NCBI GenBank assembly: GCA_019359695.1
Contig: JAHHGV010000081.1
Coordinates: forward strand, 1-24,664
Length of the DNA stretch: 24,664 bases
Direction: 5' to 3'
From: Brasilonema angustatum HA4187-MV1
GTDB taxonomy: Bacteria; Cyanobacteriota; Cyanobacteriia; Cyanobacteriales; Nostocaceae
The translations under genes and the position numbers were made by a program. The notes under the pieces were generated by a model, which worked only from the letters and a program-made list of their open reading frames with translations, was not told the DNA's origin and did no database searches. Positions 1 through 8,040 of this stretch are shown piece after piece; within the stretch, counting starts at the first letter, position 1; each line of letters starts with the position of its first letter.

Positions 1-215
1 AATGGTCATCATCGCTGATATCACTCGTTTCCTCTAAGAAAACAGAAACGGTATGATTTTCCTGAGAACGGTCATCATCGCTGATATCACTTGTTTCCTC
101 TAAGAAAGCGCAAGCGGTATTATTTTCTTGAGAGCGCTCGCACTCATTCTCATCATCGCCATCGCTTGTCTTTGCGGTTTCCTCTAAGAAAGCGCAAGCG
201 GTATTATTTTCTTGA
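1..215. repeat. Tandem repeat of about 66 bp (coding on the minus strand). Each unit carries GTTTCCTCTAAGAA. This is the same array as 24517-24664.
   Basis: Units start near 3, 69 and 135. The GTTTCCTCTAAGAA core sits at 27-40, 93-106 and 178-191. Confidence 0.85.
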
Positions 216-403
216 GAGCGATCGCATTCCTGGTTAATACCAGAAATTAAGCCATCGTTATCATCAAAGTTAGTTTTTGCAATTTCAGGGTATGCCGTGC
301 CATCTTCCCAAGCTGGATCAGCTGCATACGCTGAATATTTTTTTCTCTTGCTCCTGGCTGGGGCGGAATAATTGCCCAAACTAAATAACTCGTTTTGTAT
401 CAT
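1..403 (-). CDS. 5' portion of an ORF that runs off the window start: an acidic protein with 22-aa tandem repeats (..SQENNTACAFLEETSDISDDD..). It continues in frame at 24579 if the replicon is circular.
   Basis: The ATG at 401-403 overlaps the TGA of the upstream gene (ATGA at 400-403). My hand translation (MIQNELFSLGNYSAPARSKRKKYSAYAADPAWEDG...) stays open down to base 1 (134 codons plus 1 nt). It is absent from the ORF track because it has no stop inside the window. Confidence 0.55.
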   Translation of the reverse strand, partial: MIQNELFSLGNYSAPARSKRKKYSAYAADPAWEDGTAYPEIAKTNFDDNDGLISGINQECDRSQENNTACAFLEETAKTSDGDDENECERSQENNTACAFLEETSDISDDDRSQENHTVSVFLEETSDISDDDH

Positions 404-1140
404 AATTCCTCCCATTTATCCTTGAAAGCTTTAAACATCGCTCTGTAGGGTTCTTTCACGTTTTCGCTTTTTTTGAGCCAACCTATGAAAGTCTTAATCG
501 TGGGTTCAACCTTTTCCCTTGGCAGCTTGCCTGCCTCTTGAATAACAACTTCTACTTTTGGGTTGAGTTGAAGAACATCATTTTGGTAAGTAAGCAGATA
601 CACACCATGCTTACCGAGTGTTTCTTTGTATTTTTCAAAAATTTCCATAACACCACCTTCTTGATTTGCGCTTTGAGCGCCGTCTGTAGTGTCTTTTAAG
701 TCTGTATAAGTCTGTATAGTCTTAGGCGATTCAAAATCTTTTGCTGGAGGCAATTTTGGCGCTTCATTTTCGCATTTTTGATTTTCGGATGACAAAAATG
801 ATTTTTCTGTCTCATTTTTGTTTAACTCTGTCTCATTTTTGTTCAACTCTGTCTCATTTTTGAGACTGGTTACACCTCTTAAGTTCCTTCCACTTACTCC
901 GACCGTCTGGAAGTCATACAGTTCAAGCTCTTGCAGTTTTGCCATCGCTCTGTACAGAGTAGCCTTGCTTACACGACAACGCTGCATTATTTCTAGTGGT
1001 TCAATGTTTTGGTAGCGATCGCCAAAGGGGTCTTGCTTTGCCAGGAAAATCCATATCCTGTACTCAGCCGCCGTCAGGTCATAATCAATCAAATCGTTTG
1101 CTAATTGCTCATTAATTTTGATAAACTTCTCGTTAGTCAC
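400..1140 (-). CDS. Winged-helix (HTH_36/DnaD-like pattern) DNA-binding protein, a candidate plasmid replication or partition factor
   Basis: A GTG start at 1138-1140 abuts the TAA of the upstream gene. The N-terminus (LTAAEYRIWIFLAKQ...IMQRCRVSKATLYRAMAKLQELELY) is paralogous to the two upstream ORFs. There is an internal (NETELNK)x3 repeat from a 21-bp tandem repeat at 807-865. Confidence 0.7.
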   Translation of the reverse strand: MTNEKFIKINEQLANDLIDYDLTAAEYRIWIFLAKQDPFGDRYQNIEPLEIMQRCRVSKATLYRAMAKLQELELYDFQTVGVSGRNLRGVTSLKNETELNKNETELNKNETEKSFLSSENQKCENEAPKLPPAKDFESPKTIQTYTDLKDTTDGAQSANQEGGVMEIFEKYKETLGKHGVYLLTYQNDVLQLNPKVEVVIQEAGKLPREKVEPTIKTFIGWLKKSENVKEPYRAMFKAFKDKWEEL

Positions 1141-1401
1141 TTAAACCCCCTGTTCTCCGCGAAGATTTTTACAAAGATAGTGCTTATTGAAACTAAACAA
1201 TTGTTGTTGCTTGAGTTTTTCTACTGCTTTGTAGGCGCTCGACTTACTTACATTGCAATTGGTCATTAAATCATCAATGGTTACCTGGTGTTGTCCTTCA
1301 AACGTGTTGAGATAACACCAAACACGCCACTCGGTCGCGGTTAGGTTTGCTTGTATTAGTTTCTTAGCTGCTTTGCTAGTCAACAGATAGTCGCTTTCCA
1401 T
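1141..1401 (-). CDS. Small winged-helix protein (86 aa), paralogue of the flanking genes
   Basis: I prefer the ATG at 1399-1401 (MESDYLL...), which has a GAGGAGG Shine-Dalgarno about 10 nt upstream and lies 4 nt after the TAA of the upstream gene. Motif: LTATEWRVWCYL...LMTNCNVSKSSAYKAVEKLKQQQLF. Confidence 0.7.
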   Translation of the reverse strand: MESDYLLTSKAAKKLIQANLTATEWRVWCYLNTFEGQHQVTIDDLMTNCNVSKSSAYKAVEKLKQQQLFSFNKHYLCKNLRGEQGV

Positions 1402-1405
1402 ATCC

Positions 1406-1993
1406 TTAGACCTCCTCACCTGATACGAGTACGTCAAAGGGTTCACAAGCTTGTTTTATCCGGTCTAACTTTGATATCTGGCTGGTGTCACCATAAAGAT
1501 GTATCCGTTTCTTGTGCTGAGGAAATAGAGCACCTATAGGAAGAATCCGGCTGAGAGTCGTTTTCCAGTTTTCCAATCCGCCAACTTGGATAAGCTCAGT
1601 TTCTGTTAGCAGGTCTAACTTACCCGTAACGGTCACGAAGTCTTTTTGTCCTCCCAGTCTTAAATGCAGCCCGTCTTTTATTAACTTCTTGTAATTGCGA
1701 TAAGTTTCTGATTGTCTTGGCATTACCAACAAAATTCTTAGAGGAATTGCTTTTAAATCCTTGAGCCGTGCAATCGCTCTGTAATAAGTTGAGCGGCTTA
1801 GCGCTAAATCAGTTAATATCGCACCTGTCTTTACTAAGTTGGGTAACTGGTCGTCACCTGCAAATTTATTGATAAGAAGCAAGTATAAGAAAATTTTGAC
1901 TTCGGAGCGATTTAATGTGCCATCACTCAATACATCAAGATTTTCTTCTGTGTAAATATTAAATACTTGCTTTTTAGGTTGAGGGTCTGCCAT
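1406..1993 (-). CDS. Winged-helix N-terminal domain protein with an uncharacterised C-terminal domain (possible degenerate PD-(D/E)xK-like pattern GKLDLLTETELIQVG). First gene of the operon.
   Basis: ATG at 1991-1993. Motif: LNRSEVKIFLYLLL...LTDLALSRSTYYRAIARLKDLK. It is followed by two tightly packed paralogues. Confidence 0.7.
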   Translation of the reverse strand: MADPQPKKQVFNIYTEENLDVLSDGTLNRSEVKIFLYLLLINKFAGDDQLPNLVKTGAILTDLALSRSTYYRAIARLKDLKAIPLRILLVMPRQSETYRNYKKLIKDGLHLRLGGQKDFVTVTGKLDLLTETELIQVGGLENWKTTLSRILPIGALFPQHKKRIHLYGDTSQISKLDRIKQACEPFDVLVSGEEV

Positions 1994-2647
1994 AATTTAT
2001 GAAAGATTTGCACAAAACGCAGTGAACTACTCACGTGTACTTGCCTTCAAACCAGCATTAAGTCTTTTTTCTGCACTGGAAAGCACTTTTTATGTTAAAA
2101 AAGATTATTTAATCCAAGTTTGATTAGGCTTGGCTTAATTGATTCTGATTGATTAGGTTGTTTGTACTATTTCAAAACCTGGATTAATCAACAAATCGAG
2201 TATGAAGCGCCATTTTGAGCAAAAGAATATATAAAACAAGTTATTTCTCAAGGCTGGTGGCGCTGTCATCAGCTTTTTTATTAACTTCGTGTGACTTTTG
2301 TACTTACCTTTTGACACATCAGCAATTAATATACTGATTTGATACCCGGAGATTGTAAGATAAGAACAAGTTAAGCTGATAATAAGTGAGGTTTGACATC
2401 TCATGAATTTTTTGGCTTTTTTTAGGTAAATATAAGGATATCCCCAAGGCTTTATTAAGACAAGGGAATATCCTGACGCTCTAGCTAGTTTAGAGCTAGC
2501 TGGAGCATTTTTTATTCGTAGAACACTTACATTGTCTAACGAAACAGAAAAGCGGTCAAGCATTGATACAGCAAAGGCTGCATTCTTTCTGATGGATATC
2601 ATAGGAAAAACCATTTAAGAATTTGTTACCAAAACGTTGACAAAAAG

Positions 2648-2768
2648 AGAAGACAAAAACGCGCTTTCCAAACCAGCCCACGGCGCAACACGCGCTACAT
2701 TAGTTATTTGCTTCGTTTAAGTTCACTTCAAGCGCGGCTGCGCCGCGCCTAGCGCGTTTTTGTCTTCT
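2648..2768. repeat. GC-rich structured element: a perfect 18-bp inverted repeat enclosing 85 nt that contains a GCGCGGC/GCCGCGC hairpin
   Basis: AGAAGACAAAAACGCGCT at 2648-2665 is the exact reverse complement of 2751-2768. The inner hairpin is at 2732-2748. Part of the loop resembles 4975-5003 in inverted orientation. Confidence 0.6.
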
Positions 2769-2858
2769 AATCCAAGAGAATTTTTTTTGTGCTAGGATTT
2801 TCTCAAGTAGCGGGTCAGGTTTCTTGGTCGAACACGTGACCGGCTACCCAATATTTAA

Positions 2859-3572
2859 CTAAAATCCAGTTTCCTCACCCTCGTCATAACCAGCATATTG
2901 GTTGAGCCTTAGTCCATGTCGGTTAGTTTCCTCTAAGAATGAGTCATATCTTTGCTGTCGCACGTGCTGATATTGGTTGAAAGTTTCAGCGCTTAGATAC
3001 TTCCACACCGCAAAGATGTGTTTATCTGGCAATTGTCCTCTAGTTACTGGGTGCTTAAGTAAAATTTTGTAGGCGATCGCATCTTGTTCAAAAGCATTCA
3101 TTAATCCTCGATAGGCGTGACAAGTACAAGTCGCCTCATCTTCTCTCATTTCCACCTCGTAGAAGTCACCCGTGTTACCCAAAGCGATAAATCTATTCCA
3201 GTCATCTCCCAATTGCAGTTTATAGGGGTCTGATTTGGTTTTTGCTTTATCAATTAATACCTGCACATAGTCGCCTTTGCTAACGTGGCGGCTCAAGCCC
3301 TTAATTTTAATTGTTTCACCGCGTTTAACGATTTTGTTGGGGATATGCAGATATACACTGTGTTTCATCACATCTATGGTGATATGTTCACAGCCGATTT
3401 TAATATCTTCGGTACTCCATCCCCACTTTTGAAGTAAAACGCGAGTAGCTTCTACGTTGTAAAGGTGGTGAAGTGCATAATGGTCGCCTTCCTTGTGTCC
3501 TAAAAGCATCTGATGAAACTGTGAATAGGTGCGGTTGGGTTTTGCGTGAGCTTTTGCGATATTACGAGGCAT
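2859..3572 (-). CDS. Hypothetical protein with a SWIM-like zinc-finger pattern
   Basis: 237-aa ORF. CTCHAYRG...LPDKHIFAV resembles CxCx(n)CxH with the third Cys replaced by Asp. Amino-acid composition is normal. Confidence 0.6.
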   Translation of the reverse strand: MPRNIAKAHAKPNRTYSQFHQMLLGHKEGDHYALHHLYNVEATRVLLQKWGWSTEDIKIGCEHITIDVMKHSVYLHIPNKIVKRGETIKIKGLSRHVSKGDYVQVLIDKAKTKSDPYKLQLGDDWNRFIALGNTGDFYEVEMREDEATCTCHAYRGLMNAFEQDAIAYKILLKHPVTRGQLPDKHIFAVWKYLSAETFNQYQHVRQQRYDSFLEETNRHGLRLNQYAGYDEGEETGF

Positions 3573-3645
3573 TTTGATCTATCCTTAAAGTAGTTGAATT
3601 AGAAACAAGTCCTTAAAGGGGGAGAGACGCTCCCCCAAGGGCTTT

Positions 3646-3870
3646 TTAGAATGGAACTGTGTTGGTGCGGTTAAAGTAAACAGATAAATCATCGGGATTC
3701 ATCAAAATGGTTGCACCAGTGCTTTGAGAAACACAAACAAGGCGAACAAATGATTTTTGTTCGATGTTTTCAATGCAAGCGCCTACGATTTCAACAAAAT
3801 CCTTGATTACATCAATGTAAATAATTGCTGGGGTCAGGTTTTTAGTTTTCATGGTGTTTTGGTCGAACAC
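3646..3870 (-). CDS. Hypothetical small protein (74 aa)
   Basis: GTG at 3868-3870 lies 10 nt downstream of GAGGAG. It is divergent from the RHH gene. Confidence 0.5.
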   Translation of the reverse strand: MFDQNTMKTKNLTPAIIYIDVIKDFVEIVGACIENIEQKSFVRLVCVSQSTGATILMNPDDLSVYFNRTNTVPF

Positions 3871-3961
3871 GTTTTACTCACTCCTCTATTATAGCGTGAA
3901 TACTCGTATATGCAACAAATTTGTGATATGATTTACTTATGTCGCAAAGGAGCTAAATAGT

Positions 3962-4153
3962 ATGGGGAGAGGTAGACCAGGAGGTAACCCAAATTTGAGA
4001 GAGCATCAATTCACGAACGACGGAAGACCTGCTCGGAACAAAGTCTTGAGTATTCGGGTAACTGAGGAGGAGCTAACGGCTATTAGAAATTTCTTTGGAG
4101 ATCGCTGCTCAGAGCAGTGCAGAGACATCATTCTAAACCAATTGCAGCCATAA
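3962..4153 (+). CDS. Ribbon-helix-helix (CopG/MobC-like pattern) small DNA-binding protein
   Basis: AAGGAG lies 8 nt upstream of the ATG. A basic N-terminus (GRGRPGGNPNL) is followed by KVLSIRVTEEELTAIRNFF, typical of an RHH strand plus helix. It is followed by a strong terminator. Confidence 0.65.
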   Translation: MGRGRPGGNPNLREHQFTNDGRPARNKVLSIRVTEEELTAIRNFFGDRCSEQCRDIILNQLQP

Positions 4154-4178
4154 TTTGAAAAAGAAATACACCAAAGAG

Positions 4179-4249
4179 AAAGGGGTAAAGCTTTTTGAAT
4201 GCTTCACCCCTTTTTGTTTGGTTTCGTGGCGGGCAACGCAACCGCCACG
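4179..4249. terminator. Bidirectional intrinsic terminator pair between the convergent RHH gene and the adenine-starved gene
   Basis: Hairpin 1 pairs AAAGGGGTAAAGC (4179-4191) with GCTTCACCCCTTT (4201-4213) and is followed by TTTTTGTTTGGTTT. Hairpin 2 pairs CGTGGCGG (4225-4232) with CCGCCACG (4242-4249). On the minus strand the hairpins are followed by a T-rich tail. Confidence 0.7.
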
Positions 4250-4253
4250 AAAA

Positions 4254-4793
4254 CTAGAAAAGCGACAACTGAACTGGCGCGGGAGCGACCAACGCAGGAG
4301 AAAACTGAAACCAGCCAGGAGCACCAGACAAAGAAACCAAGCCCCAACCAACCGGACAAGGCAGTGAACCAAGGAAAACAAAACACGGCAAGCCAAGCCC
4401 AACACAAAAAGCTAGAGTGGACCAACTGCCAGAACCAAAACCAGCGAAGCAACGCGAGGAAGATGAGGACGGAACCAAGCCAGCCGGACACGGCGACGAA
4501 GGGAAAGAAACCAGCACACCATCAGCTGCCAAGAGCGCCAGAACAAAAGCCACCGAGCGACGAGCAAAAGCAGCACGACCTAAGCCAAACTGACCAGAAG
4601 CAACAGAGAAGACCCGCGCACCAGGGAACTGAGAACGAAAAAACTCATCAACGCCACGAGCGCACCCAACAAAAACCTGAGCACCGATTGGAACCGCCAA
4701 GGCAGCGGAAGACAGCGCAGAGGAAGACGCAGGCAGATGACGAGAGCCAGAAAAACCGAAGGTGTGAAAGTGGGAAAAAGCTGATGTAAGCAT
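4254..4793 (-). CDS. Adenine-starved CDS (179 aa), tentatively a SLOG/DprA/DUF2493-like Rossmann-fold protein
   Basis: This frame has clear 3-nt periodicity (GNT/NNT codons: GCT, GGT, GTT, TCT, CGT, TTT). A TATAAT-like box lies about 25-30 nt upstream of the ATG at 4791-4793, and the stop sits just before the terminator pair. Motif order is FSGSR ... VGCARGVDEF ... GRAAFARRS ... DGVLVSFPS ... GSGSWSTLA..GLGLP. There is no Lys, Asn or Tyr. Confidence 0.45.
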   Translation of the reverse strand: MLTSAFSHFHTFGFSGSRHLPASSSALSSAALAVPIGAQVFVGCARGVDEFFRSQFPGARVFSVASGQFGLGRAAFARRSVAFVLALLAADGVLVSFPSSPCPAGLVPSSSSSRCFAGFGSGSWSTLAFCVGLGLPCFVFLGSLPCPVGWGLVSLSGAPGWFQFSPALVAPAPVQLSLF

Positions 4794-5392
4794 GAAACTT
4801 GAGGAATTTTATGCTATTATTATAGCACGTATACACGTTAAATTAATAGTTTTTGTGAGTGAATGACGCAAACGCAGAGATAACACGCTGATAACACCTT
4901 CTTTTCTTCTTCTGCCGGGGTAGCGTAGCGGCGGCGCGGGAGCGCAGCGAACCGCGCAGAAACAACCGAGGAGGAAACAAATAACCGAAGTAGCGCGTGA
5001 GAGCAAGCGGCAAGGGCGTGGCAGCGCCGCCGCAAGCTTACCCAAACGAGTAAGCGTGAACTGCTTCAACGCGCGGGTAACGAATGCAAGCGCATTCCCT
5101 GGCGCAAAGTGCTTAAAAGCAAATCTTCAAGGGAAGCGATACGCGTCCTTTGAGTGCGCCCCCAAAGACTACGGGCACGCTTCCGCTATCGGGGCTAGCG
5201 TCAGCAAGCGGGCTTATCGCAGATTTCGGAAAGATTTCCTGTGTAAGCTTTTTTTGCGGGTTACCCATCGCACAGAAGTCTGTGGAAAAGTACTGTTTAC
5301 TATCCGGTTTTTCCACAATCAGCCAAATGACATCACTTTCGAGAGCAAACATTCGGAACATGGAAAGTAATGTCAATAGTTGAAAGACCTCG

Positions 5393-5776
5393 TCAGATGG
5401 GTGTATTTCCGTTACCTCCTTGTCTGAGCAGATATTCCCAAATACGCTGAATTTCGTTTCGGAATTCTTGGCGGTCAATGGCTGCTTGCTGCCTGTCTTG
5501 GGCTGCTTGCGCTCGGTCAAGTTCTGCTTGTGTGGCTAAGATATCTACTCGGTTGGTTACTTCAGCAACATTGGTAGTTAGTGCGTCTACTCTTTGGTTT
5601 ACTGCTGCGACATTTTCGGTTAACTGCTGGATGTTAGCAACCAGAACATCAATGGTGTTGCTTTGGGCGTTGATGTTAGCACTCTGGGCTAGCACTGCTT
5701 CGCCAACGTTGGCAAACAGAGTTTCTAAGCGGCTGAGTCGTTCTTCAATGCTTGGTGGTTGTCCTGCGTTGGTCAT
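5393..5776 (-). CDS. Coiled-coil protein (127 aa)
   Basis: AAGGAGG lies 5 nt upstream of the ATG. Heptad-like repeats are rich in N/V/A/Q (NVAAVNQRVDALTTNVAEVTNRVDIL). Confidence 0.7.
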   Translation of the reverse strand: MTNAGQPPSIEERLSRLETLFANVGEAVLAQSANINAQSNTIDVLVANIQQLTENVAAVNQRVDALTTNVAEVTNRVDILATQAELDRAQAAQDRQQAAIDRQEFRNEIQRIWEYLLRQGGNGNTPI

Positions 5777-5928
5777 TTGTCCTCCTTGGCTTCAAGTGTA
5801 GCGTGCCCGCAGGGCTTAGGGCGAGTGACTCGGAGTCATTTGTACAGAAGATTAGTTCGACGATTCGTTCTATTTTTTGTCTTCCTCCTGACTCCTGACT
5901 CATGACTCCTGAGTTCTTGGTTAAAGAT

Positions 5929-7122
5929 TTACTGCTTTGGCTTTGGTTTTGGCTTCGGCATATCCAAAGGTGCGGAACTTGCCCTTGGCTTGAAGTCACC
6001 TCTTGGCTTAAACGGTGGATTGTCGCTTCTTGGTGGTCGCGTATCCCTACCTGCAGCTCTATCAGCCGCTTTCTTTTCTGCCATTGCTGTTGCCTTGTCG
6101 TCCTTGCTTACTTTTAAGAATTTGGGCGGTTTCTCCAGTGGCACTCCTAACAGTGAGTCGAATTCAAATGCATTGCGCGATGGCTGAAATCTTGCTTTGA
6201 CTTGGACAAAGACTGGTCTACCCTGTTCTTCTTTTGTTGCTTTCGGGTTGAACCGAAACGGTGGAACTGGCGCATCCCTCCAGAACAGCGGCAGGTGAGA
6301 TGCTTTCATGAATTTCACTTTTTTCGCTGGTTCTGATTGCTTGACGTGTTCAAGCCGTTCTTTGGTAAAATTTCGGAAAATTGAGATACATGGAGTTCTA
6401 CACACAGGGATGAACTGCCACAAGCCACAGAGTTTAAACTCCAAATCTTGAAGTTCTTTTGATGGTACGTCTTTTTCTTGTTCCTCTCGTCCTTTGTCAA
6501 AACCAACGAGTTGAAAACCGACGTTAGGTTGCTGATCTCTTCCGGGGAAGTGGGTAAACCGTGGGTAAACTACTACTCGCTGAGTGCGATCTCCTGTCGC
6601 TTCTATTTCTTTTTTTAGTGCATCATATGCACGTTGCTTCTTGGGTGCGTAGAAGAGTGGGTATTCCTTTGCACCAATAGTGATACTGGCTACTGTTTTT
6701 TCGTTTTCGGTAGTAAAGGTCACATCCCCTCGAATAACGCCAACAGCTTGGAAGATGGTTCCGGGGGGGATTTCTATTTCCTGCTTTTTCTCTTCTTTAA
6801 CCGTTTCTTTTGATACTGTCTCTGGGGTGCTTGCTTCTGGTGGGGCTTCTGGAGTATTTACTTGTGCTGAAACTTCTGGTGGTTTTTCTGGAGTATTTAC
6901 TTGTGCTAAAACTTCTGGTGGTTTTTCTGGGGTTGCTTCTGGTGGTGATGGCTCTGTTAATTGTGTAACAGCAGGTATAGCTGGCTCTGTTACTGAGTCA
7001 TCAGTTTTTTTGGACTTGATTTCGAGTAACTGTGCGGACTTCTTTGTCCGTTTGACAGGTTTTTTTAATGGTTCACCCGATTCGGGTGAATTGTCGCCAT
7101 TAGTGGGAGGAGTGTTTACCAT
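5929..7122 (-). CDS. Hypothetical protein (397 aa) with a Pro/Glu-rich repeat linker (VNTPEKPPEV x2) and basic tails
   Basis: Long ORF with normal composition in the central domain (LWQFIPVCRTP..., PLFWRDAPVPPFRFNP). No family recognised. Confidence 0.7.
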   Translation of the reverse strand: MVNTPPTNGDNSPESGEPLKKPVKRTKKSAQLLEIKSKKTDDSVTEPAIPAVTQLTEPSPPEATPEKPPEVLAQVNTPEKPPEVSAQVNTPEAPPEASTPETVSKETVKEEKKQEIEIPPGTIFQAVGVIRGDVTFTTENEKTVASITIGAKEYPLFYAPKKQRAYDALKKEIEATGDRTQRVVVYPRFTHFPGRDQQPNVGFQLVGFDKGREEQEKDVPSKELQDLEFKLCGLWQFIPVCRTPCISIFRNFTKERLEHVKQSEPAKKVKFMKASHLPLFWRDAPVPPFRFNPKATKEEQGRPVFVQVKARFQPSRNAFEFDSLLGVPLEKPPKFLKVSKDDKATAMAEKKAADRAAGRDTRPPRSDNPPFKPRGDFKPRASSAPLDMPKPKPKPKQ

Positions 7123-7199
7123 AAATAAGTATCAGGTGTATTGTTCTTTTATTATGGAACCTGGTGATAAATTTCCAGGTTTCATAAATCTTAGATGTT

Positions 7200-7230
7200 G
7201 AGGCGGCTGCAATCAAACTGCAGCCGCCTC
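7200..7230. other. 12-bp perfect stem-loop spanning the stop codon of the 96-aa gene
   Basis: GAGGCGGCTGCA (7200-7211) pairs with TGCAGCCGCCTC (7219-7230). There is no clear T-tract, so this may be an attenuator or processing site between the two co-oriented genes. Confidence 0.45.
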
Positions 7231-7503
7231 AGCTTTAGGTTTCTTCTCAAAGGTTTGAATATTTGGTTCCAGCAGAACAAATCCGTTCCCTGTTGTGTCA
7301 CCCATCTTACCAGTGATGCTGGCTACCCACTGAGGATAGTTGGCTTGGGCGTCGGTTAACTTTTTCCACACCTTGGGCTTGACGGTAATAGTAATAACAC
7401 GTCCATCGCAGTCAATTTCAAATTGCTGCCACCCGTTCTCTACAGTCTTGGCTTGTGGAAGTTCATTGATTTTGACAACGACTTCTAGTTTTCCTTGAGT
7501 CAT
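7213..7503 (-). CDS. Hypothetical small protein (96 aa)
   Basis: ORF with balanced composition, co-oriented with and upstream of 5929-7122. A palindromic operator-like site lies upstream. Confidence 0.6.
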   Translation of the reverse strand: MTQGKLEVVVKINELPQAKTVENGWQQFEIDCDGRVITITVKPKVWKKLTDAQANYPQWVASITGKMGDTTGNGFVLLEPNIQTFEKKPKAEAAAV

Positions 7504-7536
7504 AAATACCTCTTAATACTTAGAATTTCGTGCGCC

Positions 7537-7554
7537 GATATCAAAATTGATATC
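7537..7554. promoter_or_regulatory. Perfect 18-bp palindrome GATATCAAAATTGATATC, a candidate operator
   Basis: Lies 34-51 nt upstream of the start of the 96-aa gene, between that gene and the 100-bp repeat array. Confidence 0.45.
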
Positions 7555-7584
7555 TGACGGTCAATGGTTTTCTAACGCTTGCGT

Positions 7585-8040
7585 TTTGGTCTATTGGTAA
7601 TTGAACCATTTTAGTAATTCCTGCTTTTCCTTTGTAGTTTGGTTTCTAGCTGGTCTACTTTGGTTTACTCCATCAAAATTAGCGACAGCAAAGAGTAAAC
7701 CGGTTTGGTTTTAGTAATTCCCATTTTTCCTTTCTAGCTTGACTTCTAGTTGGTCTACTTCGGTTTACTCCATCAAAATCAGCGACAGCAAAGAGTAAAC
7801 CGGTTTGGTTTTAGTAATTCCTGCTTTTCCTTTGTAGTTTGATTTCTAGCTGGTCTACTTTGGTTTACTCCATCAAAATCAGCGACAGCAAAGAGTAAAC
7901 CGGTTTGGTTTTAGTAATTCCCATTTTTCCTTTCTAGCTTGACTTCTAGTTGGTCTACTTCGGTTTACTCCATCAAAATCAGCGACAGCACAGAGTAGAC
8001 TGGTTTGGTTTTAGTAATTTCTGCTTTTCCTTTTTAGCTT
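7585..8040. repeat. Tandem array, exact 100-bp period, about 4.3 units (left part of a split array)
   Basis: TTAGTAATT recurs at 7611, 7711, 7811, 7911 and 8011. Two unit variants alternate, giving a 200-bp higher order. Each unit contains the hairpin GGTTTACTC...GAGTAAACC. Confidence 0.9.

Noticed and set aside
2153-2614. 153-aa minus-strand ORF
   Set aside because: Its composition is atypical (Ile/Leu/Lys/Ser-rich). It lies in an AT-rich intergenic region upstream of the winged-helix operon and is crossed by a plus-strand terminator-like hairpin (2479-2515). It is more likely promoter or origin-proximal non-coding DNA.
2824-2837. 14-nt exact repeat TTGGTCGAACACGT (also at 3859-3872)
   Set aside because: In about 24.6 kb, roughly one exact 14-mer coincidence is expected by chance, and there is no further flanking similarity.
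4133-4836. Stack of overlapping ORFs on both strands (4155-4367+, 4199-4789+, 4204-4491-, 4133-4405-, 4648-4836-)
   Set aside because: They are an automatic consequence of the T-depleted plus strand, since no stop codon is possible in any frame. Only 4254-4793(-) shows codon periodicity and sensible start, stop and terminator context. The plus-strand 196-aa ORF starts inside the terminator hairpin.
5056-5520. ORFs 5056-5370(+), 5150-5383(+) and 5113-5520(-) in the GC-rich region downstream of the coiled-coil gene
   Set aside because: They are mutually overlapping with no Shine-Dalgarno and no recognisable motifs. The 135-aa ORF overlaps the coiled-coil gene out of frame. A short CDS at 5113-5361(-) remains possible, but I cannot support it.
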